DNA of 64,000 bases from Podarcis muralis (lineage: Eukaryota). Position 1 is the first letter of the stretch. Every line of letters begins with the position of its first letter. The position numbers and the translations under genes are program-made. Shown one piece after another: positions 9,501-20,224 of this stretch. The stretch is from contig NC_135659.1 of assembly GCF_964188315.1 (NCBI RefSeq), positions 46,190,001 to 46,254,000 on the forward strand. Direction: 5' to 3'. The notes under the pieces were generated by a model that searched no databases, had not been told where the DNA came from, and was given only the letters and a program-made list of their open reading frames with translations.

Positions 9501-10968
9501 CAGCCCGGCGAAAAACCAGACATGCTCTTCGCCTCTCAGTCAAAACCGAAAGACAACTCACACACAGAGACACATTCCCGTATGTGAACATAGCCACGCC
9601 TCAGAATGTGAGACGTCACTCAGAACTGTTTAACCCTGTAAGTTCTGATTCTCCTCACAGGGGGATAATGGAATAATTGAGCTTAAGAAATGGGAGGCAT
9701 TTCTAGAAATGTCTAGAATGTTTTGCTTTCTCATAGGTCAGGGTTCATCTGACAAGCCCTGTTATTCTGCTTGCCCAAGGCTTTCCTCCCTCCTTCCTCT
9801 GTGCCCCCCCCCAAAATTGGCTGGGGTCCAGTGAGGAGAGCCCTCAAAGCAGCATACTGTGGGAGGAGAGAGCAAAAATGAAGGGGAAATCTGGGTGCGT
9901 CCTATGGGGCGAATGCAGGCTTTCGCTGAAGCTTGGAGAGCAAGAGGGGTTGGTGCGCACCGACCCCTCATGCTCTCCAGGCTTCGGGAACACATCCGCA
10001 GCCTAGGCAGCCCTGCGGGAGTTCCCGCAGGGCTGTCTAGGCTGCGGATAGCAGCCTGCTTCCCGGAGCGCCGGGCATGCTGAAAGCAGAGCGCCCGGCG
10101 CTTCAGGAACACATCCGCAGCCTAGGCAGCCCTGCGGGAGTTCCCATAGGGCTCCTTACGCTGCGGATAGCAGCCTGCCGCCCGGCGCAAGGTACGCTCT
10201 GAAGCAGAGTGCCCCGCCCGCCGGGCAGACATCCGCAGCGTGTTGGAGCCCTGCGGGAGTTCCCCGTAGGGCTCCCTACGCTGCGGATAGCAGCCTGCCT
10301 CCCGGCGCGAGGGGCACCCTGAAGCAGAGCACCCCGTCCACCGGGCAGACATCTGCAGCGTGTTGGACCCCTGCGGGAGTTCCCCGCAGGGCTCCCCACA
10401 CTGTGGATAGCAGCCTGCCATCCAGCGCGAGATGCACCCTGAAGCAGAGCGCCCCGCCCACCGGACAGACATTCGCAGCGTGTTGGAGCCCGCCGGGCAG
10501 ACATCGGCCAGCCCCACAAGCTCGGGGGACAGCAAGGAGGCGCAGGGCTGCCATCCCGCTGTTCCTCGACCTGGTTCGGTTTCCCCGACCTGGTTTTGGG
10601 GGGGGAAATAAAGGGGAAATTTTTTCCCTTTATTTCCCCCCCAAAAAACTAGGTGCGTCCAAGGGACGGAGCGTCCTATGCGACGAAAAATACAGTACTT
10701 GGCTGGAGAACTGCACTGCAAAATTCAGAGAAGTAAAAATTTTGAAGTTTGGCTGTGTTTTGGTTTGCATATTGTCTCAGAAAATGTGAATTAGGCAAGT
10801 TTTAAATGCAAACTGGATGAATTTCTCTCCTATTCATGTCAATTGAACTGAACCAAGTACTAAGCATCTTTTATGTTTAATATTACAGTCATCCAAGGCA
10901 TGAAGGAAGCCCAAGAGAAGCTGACAGGCGATGCTTTCAGGAAGAAACATCTTGGAGATGAATTATAA
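3497..10968 (+). CDS. TXNDC12: Thioredoxin domain-containing protein 12 (ERp18/ERp19), spliced CDS join(3497..3581,4055..4115,6713..6765,7465..7538,8779..8848,8943..9026,10889..10968), 168 aa
   Basis: Seven GT-AG exons (85+61+53+74+70+84+80 = 507 nt) splice in frame to [168 protein letters not shown]. This has a signal peptide, WCGAC active site and xDEL ER-retrieval motif; the sequence is near-identical to mammalian TXNDC12 as I recall it. Confidence 0.97.
4055..4115 (+). CDS. TXNDC12: TXNDC12 exon 2
   Basis: ttttctttcaag|GTTTTGGAGAT...GCAGCCAG|gtatct; encodes [21 protein letters not shown]. Confidence 0.97.
6713..6765 (+). CDS. TXNDC12: TXNDC12 exon 3 (CGAC active site at 6750-6761)
   Basis: Long poly-T acceptor ag|TGGGTTG...TGCAAAG|gtaaga; encodes [17 protein letters not shown]. 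Confidence 0.97.
7465..7538 (+). CDS. TXNDC12: TXNDC12 exon 4
   Basis: ttttcttag|CTTTAAAACC...CTTGAG|gtaagt; encodes [25 protein letters not shown]. Confidence 0.97.
7728..8462. mobile_element. Non-autonomous Tc1/mariner (Tigger-like) element in TXNDC12 intron 4
   Basis: TIRs CAGTGGTACCTTGGTT / AACCAAGGTACCACTG; TA on the left, TG on the right. Confidence 0.85.
8779..8848 (+). CDS. TXNDC12: TXNDC12 exon 5
   Basis: actttcag|GATGAAGAG...TTCATGG|gtgagg; encodes [23 protein letters not shown]. Confidence 0.97.
8943..9026 (+). CDS. TXNDC12: TXNDC12 exon 6
   Basis: ttttttgtag|ATCCCAGT...GAACAAG|gtacat; encodes [28 protein letters not shown]; preceded by a 94-nt intron. Confidence 0.97.
9285..9754 (-). 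mobile_element. LTR-like segment (boundaries ambiguous)
   Basis: TG...CA termini (9285/9754, or inner 9305/9659), minus-strand AATAAA at ~9468-9473 and CpG-retaining sequence; no clean TSD found. Confidence 0.45.
9760..10695. mobile_element. Non-autonomous Tc1/mariner-like element, one end truncated, carrying an internal palindromic tandem array
   Basis: Right end ...GCGTCCTATGCGACGAAAAATACAG|TA has the same terminal architecture as the intact element at 29663-29831; the opposite TIR is missing at the junction with the LTR-like segment. Confidence 0.65.
9985..10495. repeat. GC-rich minisatellite, ~119-bp unit x ~4.3, each unit palindromic
   Basis: ATC(C/T)GCAGC unit starts at 9994, 10113, 10231, 10351 and 10471 (periods 119, 118, 120, 120). 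Confidence 0.95.
10889..10968 (+). CDS. TXNDC12: TXNDC12 exon 7 (coding part, ends GDEL-stop)
   Basis: tattacag|TCATCCAAGG...GATGAATTATAA; encodes [32 protein letters not shown] candidates follow near 11135, 11188 and 11783. Confidence 0.97.
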
Positions 10969-13917
10969 TACACTGGGGATCTGTTTTATATAAATTCAGA
11001 ATCTAAACTGATATATGACTCTTTCCCCCCTCCTTTTTCCCCAATGAGGAATTGTAGATGCACTGATACGATCTTTTTCCTACTGATAACTTGTTCGATC
11101 AAATACTATCTAATTTTTCAGACAGTGAAGTCAAAATAAATAACTCTGTCCTCTCTTGTTTACATTGAAATGCCTGTTTATAGGATAAATAAAGCTAAAA
11201 TACTTACTGATGAATGAATGTTTCAACCTTGAGCATATTATAAACCACAGTTTCAGTGGAGTTTAAGGCCTAACTCTTTTTAAATTGCTTATTCTCTATG
11301 AGGTAAAGGCTGGTATCTGGTTTGTGATGAGGACATTGGTCTTAATAGAATCATCTATTCCTTTTATCATAAACAGGCTTAGTCTTGTTTATTTCAGTAG
11401 GAACTTCTAGATATTAATGTTTAGGATTACAACAATCTTGCTTTTATTGTTCAGTATGAACTTTTACCAAGCCCACTGTACTAAACTGTCATGAACGCTA
11501 CACCAAGTAGAGTTATTTTCCTACATGCCCAAGGAGCAGCATGAAGAACATTGGAAGTACAAAATAGTTTTTCTTTTCCTTACAGAATTGCCTGCTGCTC
11601 CTTTGGTTACATTTAGACAGAAACATAGCTTTCCCATTTGTGCATTTGTCTTTTAATTCTTTTGTGAATAGAAGAGAAAATGTAATGAAGTATTTAGTGT
11701 GAAAATCTCTTAACTTGCTGAATGTTCTCGGTGGATGCCTTGCTTCATCATATTGTACTGTATTTTTGTATCTGGGTAAACAATAAAATTGATTTTTATT
11801 TTTCATTTCATTTTGAGATAACAGTAACTTCTATGAGGGGCTAAAGGCATAATGTTGAATTTGTGAAGTTACTGTTGAATGTTTCGTTCTTTTTTCCTAC
11901 ATGTTTTCATGCATAGACATCTGTAGTTTTTAAAAATCCCATTACATTCAGTAGTTCTGTACCTAACACTATTTTCTAAGCATTTAATTCAGCAAAGTTA
12001 AATGAGAATGGGTCTAACAAATTTGCCTGTTATTATGAAAATAAAATTACTTTTAAAATTTCTACAGTAATAGCGCTCACATCTTCCAGTGACAGCACAA
12101 TCCTAACTATGTATACTCTGTTGTAAGCCCTATTGAATTCAGTGGGACTTTCTTCCAGGTAAATGGGGCTAGGATTGCAAGCTTTGTAACAATTGTGTAA
12201 AAAGTTTTTATTAAGAGCAACCAACTTACTGCACACAAGGGGAAAACCTATGTTAGCAAGTTATAGGGAACTTACTGGCATGCTTTCCTTGATGTAATTA
12301 TGAAATGGTATGCAATACATTTCATTTCAAGACAAAAAAATCTCCAAGTGGTTTACAGCAATAAAATAGCGTAACAACAACATTGCAGTAAAATCAAAGT
12401 TTACTATAGGTAACTGATTTCTATTGCCTTTCTTGCTGAATGTTGAATGAGGAGCTATGAAAGTTTTTTTAAAAACACCAAAAAACCTTCAGTGCGTAAA
12501 TGTAAAGCCCTTTCTGGCATAAATAGTATGTTTTTAGCAGATTCAAGCTGCTGTGGTCAGATATTACTTTATATGTACTACATCCATAAAAACTTTTTTT
12601 AATGAAGAGTTGCCTTTACACACATTAAATTTTTCAATCATTTAATACAATATATCATTTTATTTTATTACTTTAAAAACTCTTCTGCCTTAGTTTAGTG
12701 GAATGTTCTCTACATCTGGAAATCAGCCGATACTTTGGCCAAAGATGGCATGACTTTCTCAAGAAGGCACTATTAGATTCACTCTTAATAATTAATACCA
12801 TGCATTTATCAAATAAATTTAATGGTGTGTTTACGTACCATTTTTACTTGCTCAGTCTACAGAAGATTATAGCCCTGATACTTTGTTTGGGCTCACCATT
12901 TCTGTAAAACAGCAGTTCTGTGTAAATTCTCTGTAGGCACTTGTCTTAGTTGTCCAGTCATATCAATACCTGGAAAAAATGCTACAGCCATCATGGGAAC
13001 CAGAGTAATTATGATGTACAGAAGTGGTATATTAATATGAGCTTCACCCAATGCAGTAATGTGGTAGCTGTTTCTATGAACAGGACCTGGGATTGTAGTG
13101 ACTGCTGGTTTCAGTATGTACAGTAAGCCACGGTTAGTTATTTCATACATTCTGATTCTGACTTTTAGGGAAAGCTTGCACTAGTTAGCTTGCAATGAAG
13201 CTTGAAACAATTGATATAAAAAAATAGCTATATACAAAATCATATACAGGTCAATGAAAAATAAATACAATATTTGATGTTGTGAATAAGTCTTTAGGGT
13301 TGTCTACTTAACGACACAAGAAAGGCCAAGCAGAGTTATTGGGAAATTAAATTCCAGAGGTTTGGGCCACCAAGCAAATGCCCTATCTCGGGTACCTGTC
13401 TGCTGGACTGACCTTAGTGGTGAGTGTGAATAGGGTTGCAAAGACAAATCCATACAGATAGAAGGGGTTCTTCAGATCATCTGATTACAAACCAGTGTTT
13501 TAAAGGTTAGTGTCAGCACTTCCAGACATAAGACGGGTAACACAACCGAAAATTGACTAAAGCCCTGCCTTTCACATGCATTCTAGTATTTGAGTTTGCA
13601 CCAGTCGAAGTTTCTGGACTGTTGTCAAAGGCAGCCCTATGAAAAGAGCACTACAGTAATCTAAGCATATGAATTTGGCCAATTTCTGCACTTGCTGCCA
13701 AGTGCTTAATTACTGTCTGGCTCTATCTTTTGGCTTATGTGCATGGATTTATTTCAGAAATGAGTTTTAATCAAATGGGTTAATTTCCATTTTGGAAGGG
13801 GGGGGGGGAAATCCTTGTAAAATATCTATCAAGCAAGAGGAGACAATCTTAATACGTATTTATTTCCACAAACATCATCATCATCATTATTATTAATTTA
13901 CTAATTCTGTGCAAGAA

Positions 13918-14663
13918 CTCAGGTTAGCTTAATTGGTAGAGAATCTGGGGTGTGGGTTCAAGCCCCATATTGGGCAAAATATTCCTGCATTGTAGGGGGT
14001 TGGACTAGGTCAGTGTTTCCTAACCGGGGCCCCCCAGGATATTCCAAATGAGATATTGGTGAACATCACATAAATGGGTGGCTGCAGCACCAGGCTAGAG
14101 GGCAACAAAGGGAAGTGAGAAGTGAAGGAAAACCTTTTTTAAAAAAACAAAATACAAAACATGATTGGCTGGCCAATCACAAGCGGGTAAGGGATCGGCC
14201 CACCAGGGCCTAGCTCTCCTTTTTGCTACATGTGTTTTCTTGGAGCAGTCCTGGTTTGTTTCTGGAGGAAGAGGGAGATCCCGTTTTGACCAGAAGAGCC
14301 TGCAATCCAGAACCCCCAGGTCAGGTGGGGTGGTGGCAATGGGTAGGGCTGGATGAGCTGGAGCTGCATGTGGCTGCCGCCACCACTGGGCTTCTGCGCC
14401 TGACTCTGCAAGGTCTGGGCCTTCGGATATTGCTGAGGGGTGCAGGGCCAGTAGGCAGCATCGGCCCAGCTTTGCAAGGTGCAGGGTGAAATCCATCCCA
14501 GCACCTAGCCATGGGTGTAGCCAGGATTGGGGGGGGGGGGGAGATCTTTTTGCACCAGAACCTCAGATTTGTATTGATTTTTACTGATTTTTGCTTATGG
14601 GGGGGTTGGGAAACACTGGACTAGATGATTCTCGTGATCCTTTCCAACTCTATGATTCTGTGA
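13918..14663 (+). mobile_element. tRNA-derived SINE with CR1-like tail, split by a hAT insertion
   Basis: A-box TAGCTTAATTGG, B-box GGTTCAAGCCC, and tail ...CCAACTCTATGATTCTGTGA resuming after 14618. Confidence 0.7.
14011..14618. mobile_element. Non-autonomous hAT element
   Basis: TIRs CAGTGTTTCCTAACC / GGTTGGGAAACACTG; 8-bp TSD GACTAGGT / GACTAGAT. Confidence 0.85.
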
Positions 14664-14816
14664 AGTATCTCAAAGTGATGCACAATAAAAAAGCAGAAAA
14701 CTGAAAAACCAAAATGATATATTCAAAAACAAGACAATACGAAATAGACACCCATGGCAGAGACCCATTCATGCAGCTGGAAAAGCCCATCAGAACAAAA
14801 AATGTTTCCACTTGCT

Positions 14817-14974
14817 CAGTGGCGTAGCATGGGTTGTCAGCACCCGGGGCAAGGCAAGTAATTTGCGCACCCTAACCCGTGGATTTGCGCCCCCTAACCT
14901 GTGGATTTGCCCTAACCCCAGATGTTGCGCCCAGTGCGGCCGGCCCCCCCTGCACCCCCCACGCTACGCCACTG
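14817..14974 (+). mobile_element. hAT MITE, copy 1 (158 bp)
   Basis: TIRs CAGTGGCGTAGC / GCTACGCCACTG; perfect 8-bp TSD CACTTGCT. Confidence 0.95.
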
Positions 14975-15162
14975 CACTTGCTTCCAGAATGTGTGGATAT
15001 TTGGCGCATGTCCCCTCTGGACAGGAATGTTTTCCCACAGAACGGAGGCCGTCACACTGAAAGCCCTGCTGAGTTACTGTAGAATAGGCTTCTGATATCT
15101 TTGGAGCTTGCAGGAGGACCTCTTCCACAGACCACAATTATTTTCCTACTGGGTATGTAAGG

Positions 15163-15480
15163 CAGAAGAGAGCCTTCTCGGTGGCTGCTCCCAGACTTTG
15201 GAACTCCCACCCCAGAGAAGTTCCTTGCTGTCCTTCTGCTGGCAGGTGAAGACTTTATACGGGCTTTTGGGAATTGACTGCTTTTAATTAAAGGGCTGGT
15301 GCTCTACTGTTTTTATTGTAATTACTGGTATGTTTAAAACAGATTTTATATATCTCTATAGTTTTAATTCCGCCAATGTTTAATTGTATTTTAATGTTTT
15401 TTAAAATGTTGTTAGCAGTTATTGTTTTTAGCTGTAAAGATGCCTTGAGTCCCATCAGGGGGAAAAGTGAGATATAAGTA
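15163..15480 (+). mobile_element. Old L2-type LINE 3' fragment
   Basis: AGAGCCTTCTCGGTGGCTGCTCCCAGACTTTGGAACTCCC is typical of the L2 ORF2 end (RAFS-A-P-LWNSLP), followed by a T-rich 3' UTR. Confidence 0.55.
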
Positions 15481-16099
15481 GGTAAGAAAGTAAATAACAA
15501 GATAGTCTCTCAAGTAACTTGGTCCCAAGCTGTATAGAGAGCTGTATCTGCTATTACCAACACCTTGAACTTGGCAGGATTGCAGATTGGCCCCCATGCA
15601 AATCTCGCAAGCAAGGCACCAGCTGCAGCCTTAGGACCCACCTCAAGGGTAGCCCTATTCCAGATTATTTCGCTTGTGAAAAACTATTGCCTTAAAAACG
15701 TGTTTCCCTACATAAAGTAAGGAAAGTTTTAAAATTTGTCATTTTAAAATACTCCTCGTTCACCACCAGGTGGAGGTACCCACTTGCGGGGTGTAGCTGC
15801 ACGCTTTATGTGTGCTAAACTAGCCAACCCTGAAATCATTTTCAGCCTGCTAACTATAGCTAATTCAAACCAGGTTGACCCAGCAAACCAAGAGGAATGG
15901 AGCCAAATCCAGATTAATAATGTTATTTACTCCTAGCATCCTTGTAGAATATTACTTCATTCCCTTCAAAGGCCTTAAAAAAACACACCAAAAAACAAGG
16001 AATGATTGTTGTGGGGGGTCAACTTGGAAACCACAGTTGGACAACCCACGACCCTCAACTGCTTTAGTGAGGCCTCCTGACAAGCCCTCGAAATCCCCA

Positions 16100-16900
16100 A
16101 CCCATTTGACCTGCTGCCCCTCTTATCCTCCCTCCGAGGGGGAGAGCGCGAGAGGCGTGTATGGAGCTCTACGGAGACAAAGCGAGAAATGTAAGACTAA
16201 ATCTAAGTGAATCAATAAGAAAGGAGGATACGATGGTATGTAAATTAGACGGGCAGGTTGAGATGACAGGAGGGGTTGGGATGGATGCGGCTCTGTAGGA
16301 GAGAGGGGCAACCCGGGCAGCGGCTGAGAAACCCGCCGCGTCCGCCGGTTCCCACTTATTCTGCCCCGCGTGGGGAAGAAGGCGGGAGGCCTGTGGCAGG
16401 AGCTCCGCCCCGAGGGTTGTCTTCTGCTGCGCCGGGTGAGAGGATCCGCGGGATGTGTCGCTAAGCCGGACACACGCACGCTCTTCTCCGCCCAGAGGTC
16501 CGGGAGCGCACGCAGCTCGGGCTCGGCTGAATCTCCCACCAAGCGCCTCCTGCTCGCCGCTGCTCTTGGCTCCAGCCTCCCTCGCTTTACGCGCCGAGCG
16601 GTTCCCTTCCCTGCGCCGCGCCCCAGGTAAGAAGAGCGCGGAGGAGAAGACGGAACCCACCGGTCCCCCGCGCAACTTTCCCCCGTCGCCCGGCAGCCGC
16701 CTGCTTCGCATCTCCCCTTCCCCGCCGCAAAGAGCGAGCCTCGGAAGCCCCGGGATCCTCATTGCAAGGCGCAACCAGGGTTTATGTGCGCGCAAATCTC
16801 CTAGCGCTCGTGGGAACGGAGGGACGACATTAGAGCCGCAGATTAGGCTTTTTAGTGCTAAGGATCAACTCTGGAAATTGGACGGCGTGCCTCAGAGCAT
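16100..16900. promoter_or_regulatory. CpG island, RAB3B promoter
   Basis: Second strong GC/CpG island, 8 kb upstream of the RAB3B ATG exon, containing a strong splice donor at 16626/16627. Confidence 0.8.
16480..16626 (+). other. RAB3B: Probable non-coding exon 1 of RAB3B
   Basis: Consensus donor CCCCAG|GTAAGA at 16626/16627. The exon-2 acceptor abuts the ATG, which requires an upstream non-coding exon. The 5' start is an estimate. Confidence 0.7.
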
Positions 16901-19149
16901 ATGCAGAGGGCTTTTCCTGCCAGGTCTATCTCTATCTGAGATTTAGGGGCAGATCTTTCCGGTTAAAATGTTTGATTTCCTCCCGGGTTTATTGAGCGTA
17001 TCTTATTAATTTAATTAATAACAGACAAACAAACAGGGAGAAGTGGAGAGGGTTCCTCAGTCTTTCTCCTTGCTTTAGTAGCCCAGCACAGTATAAAACC
17101 TATTGGAGGAGACCAATCAGGAAATGATTTTTTACAGAATCAGTCTAGGTTGGATTTCTTTCAGCATCGTTTTCCTTGTTTTGGATAAAATGGAGCAAAT
17201 TTTAAAATAGCCCTGTCAACAATTGTGTATATGTGTGTGCACATAAACACACACACTTTCTTTGTCAAGGATGGTGCTAAGCCCTTAGCAGCTGAGTGAT
17301 GGTTGGCAGCCACTTGCAGTATGCTTCCTTACCTTTTGCATCATCTCATTCACTGGAAATGTGTAACAGTTTTCTAGAAAAATAGTCGAGTGTAATAGGT
17401 TATGCTTCAAATATAGCCAATGCATTTAGCTCTGCTGGTCATATAGATTTTTCCCATTTCTTGGTTTATCAGAATTAATAAGTGAATTGCTATACCTGGC
17501 TTCATTAACACACACACTAAATTATTGGAAATCCCAGAGTTTTGCATTAAATTATGCTCTTCTAATTGTTTGGGGCCTTGCTTGTTTTTCAGATTCTCTT
17601 CTTACAGATTATTCATGGCGTATTTGACTGCAGTTCAGACTTTAACTTCATTTATAATAGAAAAATACTATGGGTCTTGCCTAATGCATGTATGCTGTTA
17701 GCAGTGTATGAATGGAAACAGCAAGAAATATTGAGAGTATGTGAGCAATATTGATGCAAAACTAATCTCAGGAGTAAAATGTGAGCTATCTTTCCAGGAT
17801 AGTAGGATTGCCACATTAAATTTTTAAAAAACAGTAGACAGCTACATCTTAGAGCTGGGAAGATTTTTGTGGAGCTTGTGTTCTGATAAAGGGCATAGCT
17901 TTACAGTTTGAACTAAGCTGAGTGGAGGAGGGTGAGTGATCAAAATCTAGTGAATGTATTTGAAAATATATTCCATTTGAGTGTGTGTGCATGTGTGTGT
18001 ATGGATATATATTACGTTAAAGTTACCAGGGCTGAGAAGTTAAATCAATAAAATAATGGAGGCTCATGTGCGGGAATCTGTTAATATTACACCAAAACAT
18101 CCAGGCTTTGCAAAACACAGAAACAAAACCTGTAGCTAGAAAATCCAGAGAATGTGTTAAGAATATATTGTGGTTATCATGACATTACACAAACGAGAGT
18201 TTCAAAATAGATTATGCTGAAGAATAGCCTATCTATGTGTCTGTAACTTTGGTAGAATTTTTGGGGAAGGTTTCGGATGTTAATTGGAAGGGAGGCAAGC
18301 ACCCGACTATGGAACCAGGGAATAGAGCAATGTGGAATGAGAAAATAAGCTTGAAGGGAGTGGGCATTGATCTCAGCTGATATGTGGCAACTGGGATCCA
18401 GAGAAGCTTGGTCACCCAGGGATAGTATTTGTGGGCAAAAAGTCCCCAGTAGGAATTCTGCCACAAATTTTGTAAAATAGTTAACTGAATTGCAAAGGCA
18501 AAGATGGTGATATGGTGCCAACATAGGAAAAATGGAGGAACGTTAGTGAAATGCTGCTTGAGTTGGAGGAAGGATGATCTGCAGGGAGGATTTTTGCTGT
18601 TGCTTCTCTTGCACCCCCCGCCTAGTTTTGTATTAATTTTCTCATAGTAAAAAGGCAAAATTATAAGTAATAGTGAAGTTATATTGTATTTTTATTTGTT
18701 ATCAGGCCTTCTATATGCTAAGTTTGTTTTAACTAATGCTGTTCTATACCAATGATTTCTATGCAACCCAACATGTCACTATCACACTAGCTGCAATGTC
18801 TCAATATTAAAAATGATCAACGTGCAGGTATCTACCTCTAAAATTATTAAACCATATTAAACCAATATTGAAACTTGAAATACTTTGTATTATAATATGG
18901 GAGGGGGGTGGAGAGGAGGATTTAAAGATCTGTCTCATCTTACACACGAGAAAGACACCAAACCACATGATAGGAGCATAAGAAAAGAAGCTACAATCTG
19001 TGCTGGAGATCTTGTTTAGTAAATTCCTTTAGGCTGGTGGGTACAAGATACAGGGCCTTTTCTGTGTTGGCCCATGACCTATGACATTCAACCAATGAAA
19101 AGTTAGGCAGGCATATTGAAGACATGTCTGCATTTGATTTTTATATAGG

Positions 19150-19298
19150 CAGTGGCGTAGCGTGGGTTGCCAGCACCCGGGGCAAGGCAAGTAATTTGCG
19201 CCCCCTAACCCGTGGATTTGCGCCCCCTAACCTGTGGATTTGCCCTAACCCCAGATGTTGCGGCCGGCCCCCCCTGCACCCCCCACGCTACGCCACTG
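19150..19298 (+). mobile_element. hAT MITE, copy 2 (149 bp)
   Basis: Same TIRs as 14817-14974; perfect 8-bp TSD TATATAGG; differs from copy 1 by 3 substitutions and a 9-bp indel. Confidence 0.95.
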
Positions 19299-20224
19299 TA
19301 TATAGGGAAGCTGGAAAGTAGAGGCTATTGTCCCTAGTTGATTTTATTGTTTAAATGTAATGACTTTTTGTTTTGTTGTTTTAACTGTTTTGATGAATTT
19401 ATGGATTATACACTGCTTTGTGTATTGATTGTCCTAGCAAGAGGAATAGAAGTCTTTTAAATGATGATCATGAGAGCGTTGCTAGATCAGACCAAAGGCT
19501 CACCTAGTCCAACATCCACTTCTCACAGTGGTCAAAACCCACAGACAGGACATGAGCATAACAGCATTCTCCCAGTCATGTTCCCCAGCAACTTGTATTC
19601 AGAGGCATAAATCTCTTCTTCTTTAGAGGAGGAACTCTCAGATATGAAACCCTCTATTGCAGTTTGAATCAGTACACACCTGGAAGGGTTCATTCTACAC
19701 AAGTGCTATTTCTGCACATTTAAAGCTGCTTATGGTCAGAATGCGCTCTGTCAGTTCCAGTGGTCCCTAGGCAGGGGCAATAAACTCAAAAGACTGTGGA
19801 GATTTCTAATTTCCCCCCACCACAAATGTCTGTAGGTCAGGAAAATTATACTTCAGAATCTTTGTTTAGAAAAACCGGGTAGATAGAAAGAATCTCCTTT
19901 TGCTAGACGGGAAAGTACTCGTGCTTCTAGATTGACCTTGGTGCAATCACTAGTCTCCCAAAAGCTGTTGGATGAGAGAGGTTTATAATAAGGATTTAAA
20001 CTAGATTACTGTAAATGGCAGATAATCCAATTTTATAATCAACTCTGTCTGGTGGTTGTAACAAAGCTGGAGGCTCTCTGCTTTAAAATACTTTTGGATC
20101 TGTTATACATTACCCTCCAAAATGATATATATCAAGAATTTGTTATTGACAAATCCTTTTATTGATTATTAGTTGCCTCTAAACCAGGAGTAGGAAACCT
20201 GTGGCTGTTCAGATTTTATTTTAT

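Noticed and set aside
9985-10495. CRISPR-like appearance (regularly spaced palindromic repeats)
   Set aside because: The 'spacers' are themselves homologous between units, the period is ~119 bp, there are no cas genes, and the context is a vertebrate intron. It is a minisatellite within a transposon.
9762-10789. Several 90-200-aa ORFs on both strands
   Set aside because: They arise from the GC-rich repeat (few stop codons); the peptides are repetitive with no recognisable domain.
14836-14856. RE1/NRSE-like half site (TCAGCACC) near the neuronal RAB3B gene
   Set aside because: The right half (GGACAG) is not matched (GGGCAA), and the second MITE copy loses the left half. No convincing RE1 was found elsewhere.
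16123-16946. Overlapping ORFs (up to 208 aa) in the RAB3B CpG island
   Set aside because: Same GC artefact; Arg/Pro/Ala-rich with no recognisable family.
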